A DNA stretch of 53,095 nt, from contig CAZTZK010000024.1 in NCBI GenBank assembly GCA_964618065.1, positions 1 through 53,095 of the forward strand, read 5' to 3'. A model generated the notes under the pieces. That model saw only the letters and a program-made list of their open reading frames with translations. It ran no database searches and was not told the DNA's origin. Positions within the stretch are counted from its first letter, which is position 1. Each line of letters opens with the position of its first letter. Made by a program: the position numbers and the translations under genes. This stretch comes from an uncultured Candidatus Saccharibacteria bacterium (GTDB lineage Bacteria > Patescibacteriota > Minisyncoccia > CAIUEV01 > JAHKAQ01). Below are positions 25,315 through 34,403 of this stretch, in pieces.

Positions 25315-25707
25315 ATGAGGAACATTGTAGACATCCCAAAACAAAAAAGAAATAAAAGTAGTAGAAGACATCGCCAGCATACTTTAAAGATGCCTATTAA
25401 ATTAGGAGTTACCTCAATAGGTTTTATAACTTTAATGATTATCTGTTTCTTGGCATTGCTTTATTTAATTCAAGCTAATAGAACGGCTACTTACGGCTTT
25501 AAAATTGAAGAGTATGATGATGCTATTTCTAAACTTAAAAAAGAACAATCAGAATTAGAATTGGAAGCAGCTAAATTGCGTTCTACTAATCAAATAAAAG
25601 AGAATCTTGATAAATTGAATATGCAGGAAGTTGATCTTACCAAGGTTGTCTATTATAAAACGGGAGGATACTTGGCTTTAGAAAAAGGGGAAGAAGTTAA
25701 TGAATAA
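25315..25707 (+). CDS. ftsL: FtsL-like cell-division membrane protein
   Basis: 130 aa. Basic N-terminus, a single TM helix, then a coiled-coil (KLKKEQSELELEAAKLRS). It sits between rsmH and ftsI as ftsL does in dcw clusters. The call is based on position and architecture only. Confidence 0.55.
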   Translation: MRNIVDIPKQKRNKSSRRHRQHTLKMPIKLGVTSIGFITLMIICFLALLYLIQANRTATYGFKIEEYDDAISKLKKEQSELELEAAKLRSTNQIKENLDKLNMQEVDLTKVVYYKTGGYLALEKGEEVNE

Positions 25708-25712
25708 TATCT

Positions 25713-27656
25713 ATGAAAAACTATGGAATCAGTCGGGGCAGAAATTTGAAATATTCCGGGGTCTCTTTTCACAGATCGGGTCAATATTTTAATAAAAAAG
25801 AAAATTCTTTTTCTGTATTAAAAAATTGGCGTTTCAATTTTTTAATGCTACTAACTCTTTTGATAGCTGGTCTAATTATAGGGAGACTGGTTGTTCTTCA
25901 AGTTATAAATCATGAAGCGTTAGCGTCTAAAGCGCAAAAACAACATCAGTTTTTTGAAAAATTACAGCCGAACAGAGGTCAAATTTATTTAAAAGATGGA
26001 GAAACTAATACTATTCCAGTAGCTACTAATGAAGGCAAAGATAAGTTAATTATTGTTCCTAAGTATATTATTGATACCGAGGGGACTATTAAAACTTTAG
26101 CTACTATTTTGCAGATGGACGAAGAAGAAATTAGAGCAAAAGTTATGAAGAGAGAAGACCTTTATGAGGTTATAAAGAGAAAACTCTCCAAAGAAGAATC
26201 AGAGATGATAAAAGAAAAGGAGATGACCGGAGTAGAATTAGTGTCTGAAGACTGGCGTAATTATCCGGAAGGTGAATTAGTTTCACAACTATTGGGATTT
26301 GTAGGCTATAATGATGATAAGAGGATAGGCCAGTATGGAATTGAAGGCAAATTTGATGATATCTTAGAAGGCGAACTTGGTTTTTTGAAGGCGGAAAAAG
26401 ATACAGCTGGACGCTGGATTTCAATCAGCAAGAGAATTTTGGAAAAGCCTACAAATGGCGTGGATATTGTGCTTACTTTAGACCAAACCGTCCAATATTT
26501 TACAGAAAAGCTACTTAAAGAATCAATAGAAAAATATGGAGCGACTAAAGGAAGTATTATTATAATGGAGCCTGCCACCGGAAAAGTAATTGCGATGGCT
26601 AATTTTCCTACCTATAACAATAACGAGTTTAATAAGGTGGAAGAAAGATCTCTTTTCAAAAATAGCTGTATTCAAGATCAGTATGAGCCTGGCTCTATTT
26701 TTAAACCTCTGGTTACTGCCGCCGCTATTGATTTAGAGAAATTGACTCCTGATTCAACTTATGTTGATAAAGGATCTTATTCAGTAGGAGGATTTACTAT
26801 TCATAACTCTGACGGCAAAGCTTACGGAAAAACAAGTCTTACTCGCTTTCTAGAGCTTTCTTTAAACACAGGAGCCATCTGGGTCATGAACTCTATAGGA
26901 AAAGAAAATTTTTTGGAATATTTAAAAAAGTTTGGGTTGAATAAAGCAACTGGTATTGAATTAGTAGGAGAAGCAGAAGGTGATATTAGCAATTTAGAAA
27001 ATTTTAGAGATGTTAATTTTGTCACTGCTTCTTTTGGTCAAGGTGTTTCCCTGACGCCTATTCAATTAACTACTGCTTTATCTGCTGTAATAAATGGTGG
27101 AAATCTTATGGAGCCTAGAGTGGTAGATCGTTTTATTTATGATGGTGAAGAAAAAAATGAAGAAAAAGTGGAGCCTAAAAAAGTGCGTCAGGTTATCAGC
27201 TCAAAATCATCAGCTATTATGAGAGCAATGATGATTTCTGTTGTTAAAAATGGATGGGGTAAAAAAGCCGGAGTACCCGGTTATTTAATAGGAGGGAAAA
27301 CAGGAACAGCTCAAATTCCTAACAAAGACAGGGGAGGCTACTCTGATAAAGTCATTCATAGTTTTGTTGGTTTTGGACCAGCAGAAGATCCTAAATTTAT
27401 CACTTTTGTTAAATTGGACGAAGTTTCTGCAGTTAATTTTTCTTCAGATTCAGCTACTTTGGTGGCTGGTCGTTTGCATAAATTTTTATTGGATTACTAT
27501 CATATTTTCCCCACGGAAGAGATAAAAGAAGAAGAAGTTAGATATTTCAATAGGCTGATGGAATTTAAAGAAGAAGATATAAAAAAGTTTGGTGAGAATA
27601 AAGAAGATGGCGCGGAAGGGTTATCTCCTCTAGATAAAAAAGAAGATAAAGACTAA
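25713..27656 (+). CDS. ftsI: Penicillin-binding protein (class B transpeptidase, FtsI/PBP2 type)
   Basis: 647 aa. TM anchor, PBP dimerisation region, SxxK (GSIFKP), KTGT (GGKTGTAQ). Confidence 0.9.
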   Translation: MKNYGISRGRNLKYSGVSFHRSGQYFNKKENSFSVLKNWRFNFLMLLTLLIAGLIIGRLVVLQVINHEALASKAQKQHQFFEKLQPNRGQIYLKDGETNTIPVATNEGKDKLIIVPKYIIDTEGTIKTLATILQMDEEEIRAKVMKREDLYEVIKRKLSKEESEMIKEKEMTGVELVSEDWRNYPEGELVSQLLGFVGYNDDKRIGQYGIEGKFDDILEGELGFLKAEKDTAGRWISISKRILEKPTNGVDIVLTLDQTVQYFTEKLLKESIEKYGATKGSIIIMEPATGKVIAMANFPTYNNNEFNKVEERSLFKNSCIQDQYEPGSIFKPLVTAAAIDLEKLTPDSTYVDKGSYSVGGFTIHNSDGKAYGKTSLTRFLELSLNTGAIWVMNSIGKENFLEYLKKFGLNKATGIELVGEAEGDISNLENFRDVNFVTASFGQGVSLTPIQLTTALSAVINGGNLMEPRVVDRFIYDGEEKNEEKVEPKKVRQVISSKSSAIMRAMMISVVKNGWGKKAGVPGYLIGGKTGTAQIPNKDRGGYSDKVIHSFVGFGPAEDPKFITFVKLDEVSAVNFSSDSATLVAGRLHKFLLDYYHIFPTEEIKEEEVRYFNRLMEFKEEDIKKFGENKEDGAEGLSPLDKKEDKD

Positions 27657-27658
27657 AA

Positions 27659-28966
27659 ATGATAAAAAGAATTCTAAAAAAAATAGTGGAAATCAAAGCG
27701 GGTTTTTTAGCCAGAATGATTATAAAAAAATATAAGCCTTTGATTATTGGTATTACTGGAAGTGTAGGCAAAACTAGTACGAAAGAAGCTATTTATACTG
27801 TTTTAAAGAAAAAATACCGGGTCAGTAAATCTTGGGGTAATTTAAATACCGAGTTAGGCTTACCTTTAGCGATAGCTGGCTATAAAAAAGCTGACACCTC
27901 TTTTTCTTTTTGGATTAAAGCTTTGTGGAAAATGTTTTGTCTCTATTGGAATGGTAGAAAAAAAATAAAAGATATTTTAATTTTAGAAATGGGAGCTGAT
28001 AAGCCTGGTGATTTAGAAAAACTTGTAAAACTTGCTCCGCCCAATATTGCAGTGGTAACTAATATTGGAATAAGTCATTTGGAAAATTACAAGCGACTTA
28101 GCCAATTAGTAGCTGAAAAAAGAAAATTAGTAGAGGCCTTAGAAGATTCTGGTTTTGCAATACTTTGTGGTGATGATGAAAAAGTTTTAGCGATGGATAA
28201 GAAAACAAAAGCTCAAGCAATAAATTTTGGATTTAAAAAGCATAATTTAGTTAGAGCCACTAATTTAGTTTTCCATTGTGGCGATGATTCAAAATCTCTT
28301 GCTCGACTTGATTGGGGAGTTAGCTTTAAATTAAATTATAAGGATCGAATAATTCCAGTAAGATTAAATAAAATATTAGGGAAACAACAAGTCTATGCTG
28401 TTTTAGCTGCTGCTGCTTGTGGCATCTCTCTTAATATGAACCTCCTGGAGATTGCTGAATCTTTGACTAATTATTGTTCTCCTCCGGGGAGGATGAAAAT
28501 GATAAGAGGTAGAAAAGAAAGCTTAATTTTAGATGATACCTATAACTCAGCACCAGCTTCCTCTCTAGCTGCATTAGCGGTTTTAGAAAAAATTAATTTA
28601 AAGAAGAAAATTGTTGTTCTAGCTGATATGCTTGAATTGGGAGTTCAAGAAGATCAAGGGCACTTCGAAGTGGGTAAAAGAGCAGCGGAAGTAGCCGATT
28701 TTATTTTTACTCTGGGGAAAAAGGGAGAGTTAATTCATAAAGCCGCTCTTAAAAATTCTTCAAATGAAAAAAATAGTAAAATCCGGCATTTTGAAAATAG
28801 GCAAAAACTTATTGAAAAATTGGGGGAAATAGTAGATAAAAACTCTCTAGTTCTAGTTAAAGGCTCTCAAAAAATGAGAATGGAAAAAATAGTGAAAGAA
28901 ATTATGGCTCAACCACGTAAGGCTAAAAAGCTTTTGGTTAGACAAGATGAAAAATGGCTGGATTAA
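27659..28966 (+). CDS. murF: UDP-N-acetylmuramoyl-tripeptide--D-alanyl-D-alanine ligase
   Basis: 435 aa. P-loop IIGITGSVGKTSTKE, DDTYNSAP, Mur ligase C-terminal domain pattern. Position in the dcw cluster. Confidence 0.85.
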   Translation: MIKRILKKIVEIKAGFLARMIIKKYKPLIIGITGSVGKTSTKEAIYTVLKKKYRVSKSWGNLNTELGLPLAIAGYKKADTSFSFWIKALWKMFCLYWNGRKKIKDILILEMGADKPGDLEKLVKLAPPNIAVVTNIGISHLENYKRLSQLVAEKRKLVEALEDSGFAILCGDDEKVLAMDKKTKAQAINFGFKKHNLVRATNLVFHCGDDSKSLARLDWGVSFKLNYKDRIIPVRLNKILGKQQVYAVLAAAACGISLNMNLLEIAESLTNYCSPPGRMKMIRGRKESLILDDTYNSAPASSLAALAVLEKINLKKKIVVLADMLELGVQEDQGHFEVGKRAAEVADFIFTLGKKGELIHKAALKNSSNEKNSKIRHFENRQKLIEKLGEIVDKNSLVLVKGSQKMRMEKIVKEIMAQPRKAKKLLVRQDEKWLD

Positions 28967-29031
28967 GATTGATATTTTATAAAACGAGCTAGTTTGTTCT
29001 TTTTGTTTTTAGTTTTTTTAAATTCACAATA

Positions 29032-29892
29032 ATGCTTGAATTTTGGCAAAATCTGCCCAACTATTTTGATCCAGTTTTTTTTGAAGTAGGTAGCTTCGCG
29101 GTAAGATGGTATGGAATTATGTATTTATTAGGGCTAGGAACAGTTTATTTATTACTGCTCTACCGTTTTAAAAAAGATAATCCCCCTTATTCAAAGAAAA
29201 AAATATTAGGTGCTTTACCTTGGATTTTTTTAGGTCTTTTAATCGGGGCGCGGTTAGGATACTTTTTTTTCTATAATCTAGATTTTTTCTTTAAGAATCC
29301 TCTCGAAATAATTAATCCTTTAGCTTTGACTGAGGAAGGATATTCTCTAAAAGGATTTTATGGCATGAGCTATCACGGAGGATTATTGGGAGCGATTTTA
29401 GCTTTTAGCTTATATATAAAAATAAATAGATTATCTTTTTGGAAAACTCTTGATTTTATTGTTCCGGCAGTTCCTCTCGGCTATTTCTGGGGAAGAATTG
29501 GCAATTTTATCAATGGGGAACTTTATGGAAGAATTACCGATAGTTGGCTTGGAATGAATTTTTGGAATATCAGCGACGTCTATAATTCAAAAACTGAATG
29601 CTGGGGCCTTGATATTCTTCGTCACCCTTCTCAACTTTATGAAGCTTTTTTTGAAGGTATTATTCTTTTTTTAATCCTTTGGTTTTTAAGGAATAGAATA
29701 AAAACGCCGGGAATTATTTCTTGTTTTTATCTTTTAGGATATGGTACTTTTCGCTTTTTCATTGAATTTTTTCGCCAACCGGATGAGCACCTTGGTTTAA
29801 TCGCAATGAATCTTTCTCTGGGGCAATTTCTTTGTTTAGGAATGATTTTAATGGGTAGTTTTATTGCGATAATTCTAAAAAATAAAAATTAG
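29032..29892 (+). CDS. lgt: Prolipoprotein diacylglyceryl transferase
   Basis: 286 aa. WYGIMYLLG, YHGGLLGA, GRIGNFINGELYGR, HPSQLYEA. Confidence 0.9.
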   Translation: MLEFWQNLPNYFDPVFFEVGSFAVRWYGIMYLLGLGTVYLLLLYRFKKDNPPYSKKKILGALPWIFLGLLIGARLGYFFFYNLDFFFKNPLEIINPLALTEEGYSLKGFYGMSYHGGLLGAILAFSLYIKINRLSFWKTLDFIVPAVPLGYFWGRIGNFINGELYGRITDSWLGMNFWNISDVYNSKTECWGLDILRHPSQLYEAFFEGIILFLILWFLRNRIKTPGIISCFYLLGYGTFRFFIEFFRQPDEHLGLIAMNLSLGQFLCLGMILMGSFIAIILKNKN

Positions 29893-30061
29893 CAATTAAT
29901 TTTTAACGCTCTATTAAAGATTAAACTATTAGCAAAGTTTATTTTTCTGAAATCTCGATTATACTTGACATTTTGTAGTATTTTCTCTAGGAATTATGAT
30001 AACCTGAATATTGTTTTTTAGGGTTAGTTCTTTAAAAATTTTAAAATGGAAGGAGAAAAAA

Positions 30062-30592
30062 ATGGCAAAAATAAATGAATTGTATAATTTGGGAATGGAT
30101 TTTTTAGAAATGGAAAAGAGGGAAAAATATTTTTCTTTACTGAAAATTAAAAAAGAAAACGATCCAAGGAAAATTATTTTTAGGATTAAGAATGATGCGG
30201 GAAAATTTCCAGAAAATAGAGAAAAGGCTCACTTGGAAAGAAAATTATTTTCAGTTCTCCAAAAAATTGATGATTTTGTAGAAATCATAGAGCTTTGGAA
30301 GGTTGGGACATGCCGTAGTTTTTTAGAGAAAAGAGGTAAAGAAATTTTAGACGGTGTTGAAAGTCCGGAGAAGATTCTTTTCTTTAAAAATAAGACCCCA
30401 ATTGGGAATAATGGTTTAACTCTGATTCTGGATTTACGATTTTCAGAAATTCTGGAAACTGTTAATTCTAATGAAGTAACAAATTGGATACTAGCTCAAT
30501 TAAAAGAAGGCGTGAAGGGTCTTTATAAATATCCTTCTTTTAGAGAAATTTTTATCAGGCAACTTAAATTTAAAACAAAGAAAATTTCTTAA
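30062..30592 (+). CDS. Hypothetical cytoplasmic protein
   Basis: 176 aa from ATG 30062, preceded by GGAAGGAGA (30048-30056). The ORF track extends to 30011. No recognisable domain. A hairpin terminator follows. Confidence 0.5.
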   Translation: MAKINELYNLGMDFLEMEKREKYFSLLKIKKENDPRKIIFRIKNDAGKFPENREKAHLERKLFSVLQKIDDFVEIIELWKVGTCRSFLEKRGKEILDGVESPEKILFFKNKTPIGNNGLTLILDLRFSEILETVNSNEVTNWILAQLKEGVKGLYKYPSFREIFIRQLKFKTKKIS

Positions 30593-30598
30593 AAATAA

Positions 30599-30640
30599 AA
30601 AGCGCTAACGTTAAAACGGTAGCGCTTTATTTATTTTATT
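30599..30640. terminator. Bidirectional hairpin terminator
   Basis: AAAGCGCTA (30599-30607) pairs with TAGCGCTTT (30620-30628), with an inner CGT/ACG pairing. An A run lies upstream and a T-rich tail downstream. Confidence 0.65.
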
Positions 30641-30728
30641 TGATGTTTATGAATATCTGAAGCTCTATAGAATTAAATAAAGCTGGATTATTGTCTCATC
30701 AAAAATTTTTACCTCTTCTGAAAAATTT

Positions 30729-31469
30729 TTAATGCAAGGTCCAACCGCCGTCAACAACTAATATCTGACCTGTAATATAGTCGGATTTGTCAGAAGCTAA
30801 AAATAATGTAGCGTTGGCAATATCATCGGGATTGCCCATTCGCTTCCAAGGAATTGCGACAACAGTACCTTTTTTAGCATCTTCAGTCATTCCTTTAGAA
30901 GCACCTGGAGTTTCAATAGCCCCGGGAGCAATAGCATTCACATTAATTTTTTTATCAGCTAGTTCCAAGGCCAAAGATCTAATCATGGCATTAATTCCAC
31001 CCTTTGATGCACAATAATGAGTTAATCCTTTAAAGCCAACCAAGGAAGCAATTGACGAAATATTAATAATTTTTCCTCCTGCTTTCATTATTTTGCTGGC
31101 GGCTTGCGCGACTAAAAAAGATCCTTTTAGGTTTACGTCAATAACCTTATCCCATTCGCTTTCAGTCATTTCAGCAAAAGGCACAAAAGGAAAAATTCCG
31201 GCATTGTTTACTAAAATATCTAATTTTCCGAATTTTTTTATAGTTTGTTCAACTAAATTGTCAACTTGCTTTTTCTCTGAAACATCGCAAGCAATTGCTA
31301 AAACCTCGCCACCAATTTTTTTTATTTTTTTTGCCGCTTTTTCAGATTCTCCTTGCTCAATATCACTGACTACAACGTTGCATCCTTCTTCGGCAAATTT
31401 TAGAGCAATACCTAGCCCAATTCCTTGTTTTGAGCCGGTTATAATCGCAGTTTTGTTTTTTAATTGCAT
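30729..31469 (-). CDS. Short-chain dehydrogenase/reductase (FabG / glucose 1-dehydrogenase-like)
   Basis: 246 aa. TGSKQGIGLGIA (TGxxxGxG), NNAG, S...YCASK catalytic triad, PGAIETP. Confidence 0.9.
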   Translation of the reverse strand: MQLKNKTAIITGSKQGIGLGIALKFAEEGCNVVVSDIEQGESEKAAKKIKKIGGEVLAIACDVSEKKQVDNLVEQTIKKFGKLDILVNNAGIFPFVPFAEMTESEWDKVIDVNLKGSFLVAQAASKIMKAGGKIINISSIASLVGFKGLTHYCASKGGINAMIRSLALELADKKINVNAIAPGAIETPGASKGMTEDAKKGTVVAIPWKRMGNPDDIANATLFLASDKSDYITGQILVVDGGWTLH

Positions 31470-31597
31470 AATTTTAGAGTTATTAATTAAGTTAATTTTA
31501 TTAAGTTAATTTGATTAATAAGAAAGTCTTTAAATTTTTGTAGTAGCTCCAAAGAGAATTGTCCAACATTCCCGCATCCGCAGAGCGCCTGATGTAA

Positions 31598-31694
31598 TGT
31601 GTCCCGCAAATTGTGTCCCGCAAATTGTGTCCCGCGGACTGTGTCCCGCGGACCGTGTCCCGCGGACCGTGTCCCGCGGACCGTGTCCCGCGGA
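31598..31694. repeat. Seven head-to-tail copies of a GC-rich 14-mer (YGTGTCCCGC-RRAY)
   Basis: TGTGTCCCGCAAAT x2 (31598, 31612), TGTGTCCCGCGGAC x2 (31626, 31640), CGTGTCCCGCGGAC x2 (31654, 31668), and a last copy CGTGTCCCGCGGA (31682) that merges into the next repeat. Confidence 0.9.
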
Positions 31695-31724
31695 TGCTGG
31701 GATGCTGGGATGCTGGGATGCTGG
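31693..31724. repeat. Four head-to-tail copies of the octamer GATGCTGG
   Basis: GATGCTGG at 31693, 31701, 31709 and 31717, directly abutting the 14-mer array. Confidence 0.9.
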
Positions 31725-31845
31725 AATGTCAAAATGCCGAGCGAAGTCTAAACTTAAATATTTTCAAGATGCTACCCGGAAGATGATAAACTTTTGCCTG
31801 AAGAACCTAACAATCTGTTTACTTTTGGTCTAAATTATTACTCAG

Positions 31846-31917
31846 TACCGCCAAGGGGAATTGAACCCCTGTTACCAGGCTGAGAACCTGGTGTCCTAGC
31901 CACTAGACGATGGCGGC
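31846..31917 (-). tRNA. tRNA-Glu (anticodon CTC), no encoded CCA end
   Basis: The reverse complement is GCCGCCA-TC-GTCT-AGTGGCTA-GGAC-A-CCAGG-TTCTCAG-CCTGG-TAAC-AGGGG-TTCAATT-CCCCT-TGGCGGT-A, a clean cloverleaf with a G1-U72 wobble. Confidence 0.9.
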
Positions 31918-32088
31918 TTATTCTGTAAAATTATAAATATAATATAACTTTTTTTGGCAATAGAGTCTAGATTTTTTTGTTGCCTTATAAGCTATTTTGA
32001 TGCTAATATTTAATCGGTATTATTTTTTAAAATATCTTTCAAATTTTATTGAAAAAGTTATTTCCGGCTTAATGTTTAAAAATAAAAA

Positions 32089-33063
32089 GTGGGTAATAAA
32101 ATTCTAATAAATTCAGCAAAAAATTTATTTTTCATTCTTGCTTTTTTGTTATTTCTTTTTCCTCTCGGAGTTATGGGTGATGACGACGAAGATGACGACG
32201 ACGAAGATGATGGAGATACTATTTATGTAGATATTAGTACTACCGGCAGTGAAACAGGATCGGAAGATAATCCTTTTAAAGAAATTGAAGATGCTTTAGA
32301 AGAAGCTGACAGTGGTGACACAGTTGAAATTTTAGCGGGAGTTTACGCAGAGAATATTACTATACCAGAAGGAGTGACCGTGGAAGGGGAAGAAAGAGAT
32401 AGTGTTTTTATTGTCGCTGATAGTAAATATGATCCTGCTGTTTCTATGAAAGATGATTCCATTTTAAGCTCTTTAACTGTTATGGGGGGTAAATATGGAG
32501 TTTATGTTAAAAGTGAAAGCGGAGCAACTATAACAGGTTGTGTTATTGCTTACAATGAAGAACATGGAATTAAAGTAAAAAAGTCGGACTTAAGTGATGA
32601 AAACGCAGTTACTATTGAAGAAAATATTATCTTGCAAAATGAAAAATCAGGAATCTATGTTCAAAGAAGACTAGTCTATATTTACAATAATAGTATTTAT
32701 GAGAACGAAAGAGATGGAGTTTATTTGCAAGGAGAAGTTGCTGCGGACGTTGAATTTAATACTATTAAACATAACGAGAAGAGTGGTGTGGATATAATGG
32801 TAGATAGTTCGGTTATTTATATCGGCAATAATACTTTTAAAGGTAATGAAGAATCAGGAGTAAGTGTTCACGCTAGGTTTTGGAGAGGTAGTGCATTGAT
32901 TAAAGATTCAAAATTTTACCATAACGATGAATACGGAATTGAAAAAATTCAATATGGAAATCCTAATTGGTATATTTGGGATTATGATTTTGTTTTAGGA
33001 GAAGGCAATCTCTTTGTAGATAATAAAAAAGGAGAAATATCTGATATAAAGATAAAAGGATGA
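32089..33063 (+). CDS. Secreted right-handed parallel beta-helix (PbH1/DUF1565-like) repeat protein with a poly-acidic N-terminus
   Basis: 324 aa, GTG start. Signal peptide, then DDDEDDDDEDDGD. DNPFKEIEDALEEADSGDTVEILAGVYAENITIPEGVTVEG matches the beta-helix cap motif. Repeated N-x-I-x-x-N-x-x-x-G-(I/V) units follow. Confidence 0.7.
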   Translation: MGNKILINSAKNLFFILAFLLFLFPLGVMGDDDEDDDDEDDGDTIYVDISTTGSETGSEDNPFKEIEDALEEADSGDTVEILAGVYAENITIPEGVTVEGEERDSVFIVADSKYDPAVSMKDDSILSSLTVMGGKYGVYVKSESGATITGCVIAYNEEHGIKVKKSDLSDENAVTIEENIILQNEKSGIYVQRRLVYIYNNSIYENERDGVYLQGEVAADVEFNTIKHNEKSGVDIMVDSSVIYIGNNTFKGNEESGVSVHARFWRGSALIKDSKFYHNDEYGIEKIQYGNPNWYIWDYDFVLGEGNLFVDNKKGEISDIKIKG

Positions 33064-34382
33064 ATGTTAAAATTAGTAAAAAAACTCTCTTTTTCATTTC
33101 TTTTTTAGCTTTATTTTTGCTAGTCGGATTTTTTTTATTAAAGCTTGGAAAAGATAAAAAAGAATATCTAACTCAAACTGCTTCAAGAAAAACAATTTTA
33201 CAAACAGTTTCTTCTACAGGAACTCTGGTCTCAGAAAGTAAAATTAATCTTGATTTTGAGGTAACTGGAAGAATTAAAGATGTAAGGGTGAAAATAGGAG
33301 ATAGAATTGCTAAAGGAGAAATTTTGGCGGAAATTGAAAATGAAATTCTTGGGCAAGAAGTGGAGAAAGCTCGTCTGGCTTTAGAAAAAGCGATAGCTAT
33401 TGCGGGAGCTAATGATGACAAAGTTAGAGAAGCAGAGCAAGAAGTGGAAAATGCCGAAGATTATTTAGATAAAGTTGAAGATTTAGAAGACCAAAAAGTA
33501 AATGCAGCCGAAGAAGGATACGATGATGCGACTGATTATTATGAAGATGCCCTGGATTATTATAATAAGATTGAAGATGAACATGGAGCTGACAGTTCAG
33601 AGGCTAAAAATGCTAAATTAACTTTAACTTCTGCTTTAAAGAGTAAAAATTCAGCCGAAGAAGCTAAAAAAACAGCCGAAGAGACAAAGGATCTGAATAT
33701 TCTTTCAGCTGAGAATTCTCTAAATACTTTGAAAGAAAAATTAAAAACAGCGAAATCAACTTATGCTCAGAGAAGTAACGATATGACAGTAGAATCAGCT
33801 CAAGCAGATTATCGGATAGCAAAGGCTAATTTAGAAAAAACGGCGCTTAAATCTCCGGTGAGTGGGGTGATAACTAAAATTAATTATAAAGCAGATGAGG
33901 TTTTAGGAAGTTCTCTCTCGGGAAGTTATTTTGGGGAATTAATATCTGAGGATTTTATTTTGGAATCTGACATACCAGAATCAGATATTGCGAAATTAGA
34001 AAAAAATCAAAAAGTGGAAATTACATTTGATGCTTTATCTTCCAAAGAAAAATTTAAAGGAGAGCTGATAAAAATTGAACCGGCTTCAACCGTTATCCAA
34101 GATGTTATTTATTACAGAGTAAAAGTTAGGTTAGATTCTATAGACCCTCGTTTTAGAGAGGGGATGAGTGCTGATTTAGATATCCAAGCCGCTAAAAAAG
34201 AAAATGTTTTGGCTATTCCAGAAAGAGCAATAAATGAAGGAAAGATTAAGATTCTTTTGGATAACAACGAAGTCAAACAAATGGAAGTAGAAACCGGTCT
34301 TAGGGGAGATGATGGTCAGATTGAAATAATCTCAGGATTGGCAGGTGGAGAAAAAATTATTTTAATTGAGCAAAAAGAATAA
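33060..34382 (+). CDS. HlyD/MacA-type membrane-fusion (periplasmic adaptor) protein
   Basis: 440 aa. N-terminal TM, lipoyl-like VTGRIKDVRVKIGDRIAKGEILAEIE, long coiled-coil hairpin, beta-barrel ...SPVSGVITKIN.... ATGA overlap with the beta-helix gene. Confidence 0.8.
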   Translation: MNVKISKKTLFFISFLALFLLVGFFLLKLGKDKKEYLTQTASRKTILQTVSSTGTLVSESKINLDFEVTGRIKDVRVKIGDRIAKGEILAEIENEILGQEVEKARLALEKAIAIAGANDDKVREAEQEVENAEDYLDKVEDLEDQKVNAAEEGYDDATDYYEDALDYYNKIEDEHGADSSEAKNAKLTLTSALKSKNSAEEAKKTAEETKDLNILSAENSLNTLKEKLKTAKSTYAQRSNDMTVESAQADYRIAKANLEKTALKSPVSGVITKINYKADEVLGSSLSGSYFGELISEDFILESDIPESDIAKLEKNQKVEITFDALSSKEKFKGELIKIEPASTVIQDVIYYRVKVRLDSIDPRFREGMSADLDIQAAKKENVLAIPERAINEGKIKILLDNNEVKQMEVETGLRGDDGQIEIISGLAGGEKIILIEQKE

Positions 34383-34403
34383 ACTTAGTTAGGAGAAATT
34401 ATT

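Noticed and set aside
29965-30000. Promoter for the orphan ORF at 30062, based on TTGACA at 29965-29970
   Set aside because: No acceptable -10 hexamer lies 16-18 nt downstream: there is TAGGAA at 17 nt, and TATGAT only at 24 nt. It was left unannotated.
31093-31509. 138-aa plus-strand ORF antisense to the SDR gene. Similar antisense or alternate-frame ORFs occur at 2008-2211, 2468-2686, 3708-3899, 4454-4675, 5838-6056, 7039-7266, 10709-10924, 13763-13957, 19602-19814, 22466-22817, 23045-23320, 23534-23784, 26170-26578, 26822-27025, 33173-33421, 34583-34768, 37138-37416, 38122-38361, 38619-38801, 43245-43448, 43618-43803, 45824-46117, 47030-47248, 47975-48217, 48979-49299 and 50309-50769.
   Set aside because: Each lies inside a gene with a strong family signature on the other strand or in another frame. 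Their products are low-complexity S/F/L/I-rich mirror images, and none has a credible start context.
31598-31724. Possible CRISPR array
   Set aside because: The repeats are only 14 and 8 nt long and directly abut one another with no spacers. No cas genes or leader are present. This is a simple tandem repeat, not a CRISPR array.
31487-31833. ORFs of 81 aa (minus strand) and 78 aa (plus strand) spanning the GC-rich repeat array
   Set aside because: Both are read straight through the 14-mer and 8-mer tandem repeats, giving repetitive PRDTVRGT / CPADRVPR peptides. They have no start context or SD and overlap each other on opposite strands. They are open only because GC-rich DNA lacks stop codons.
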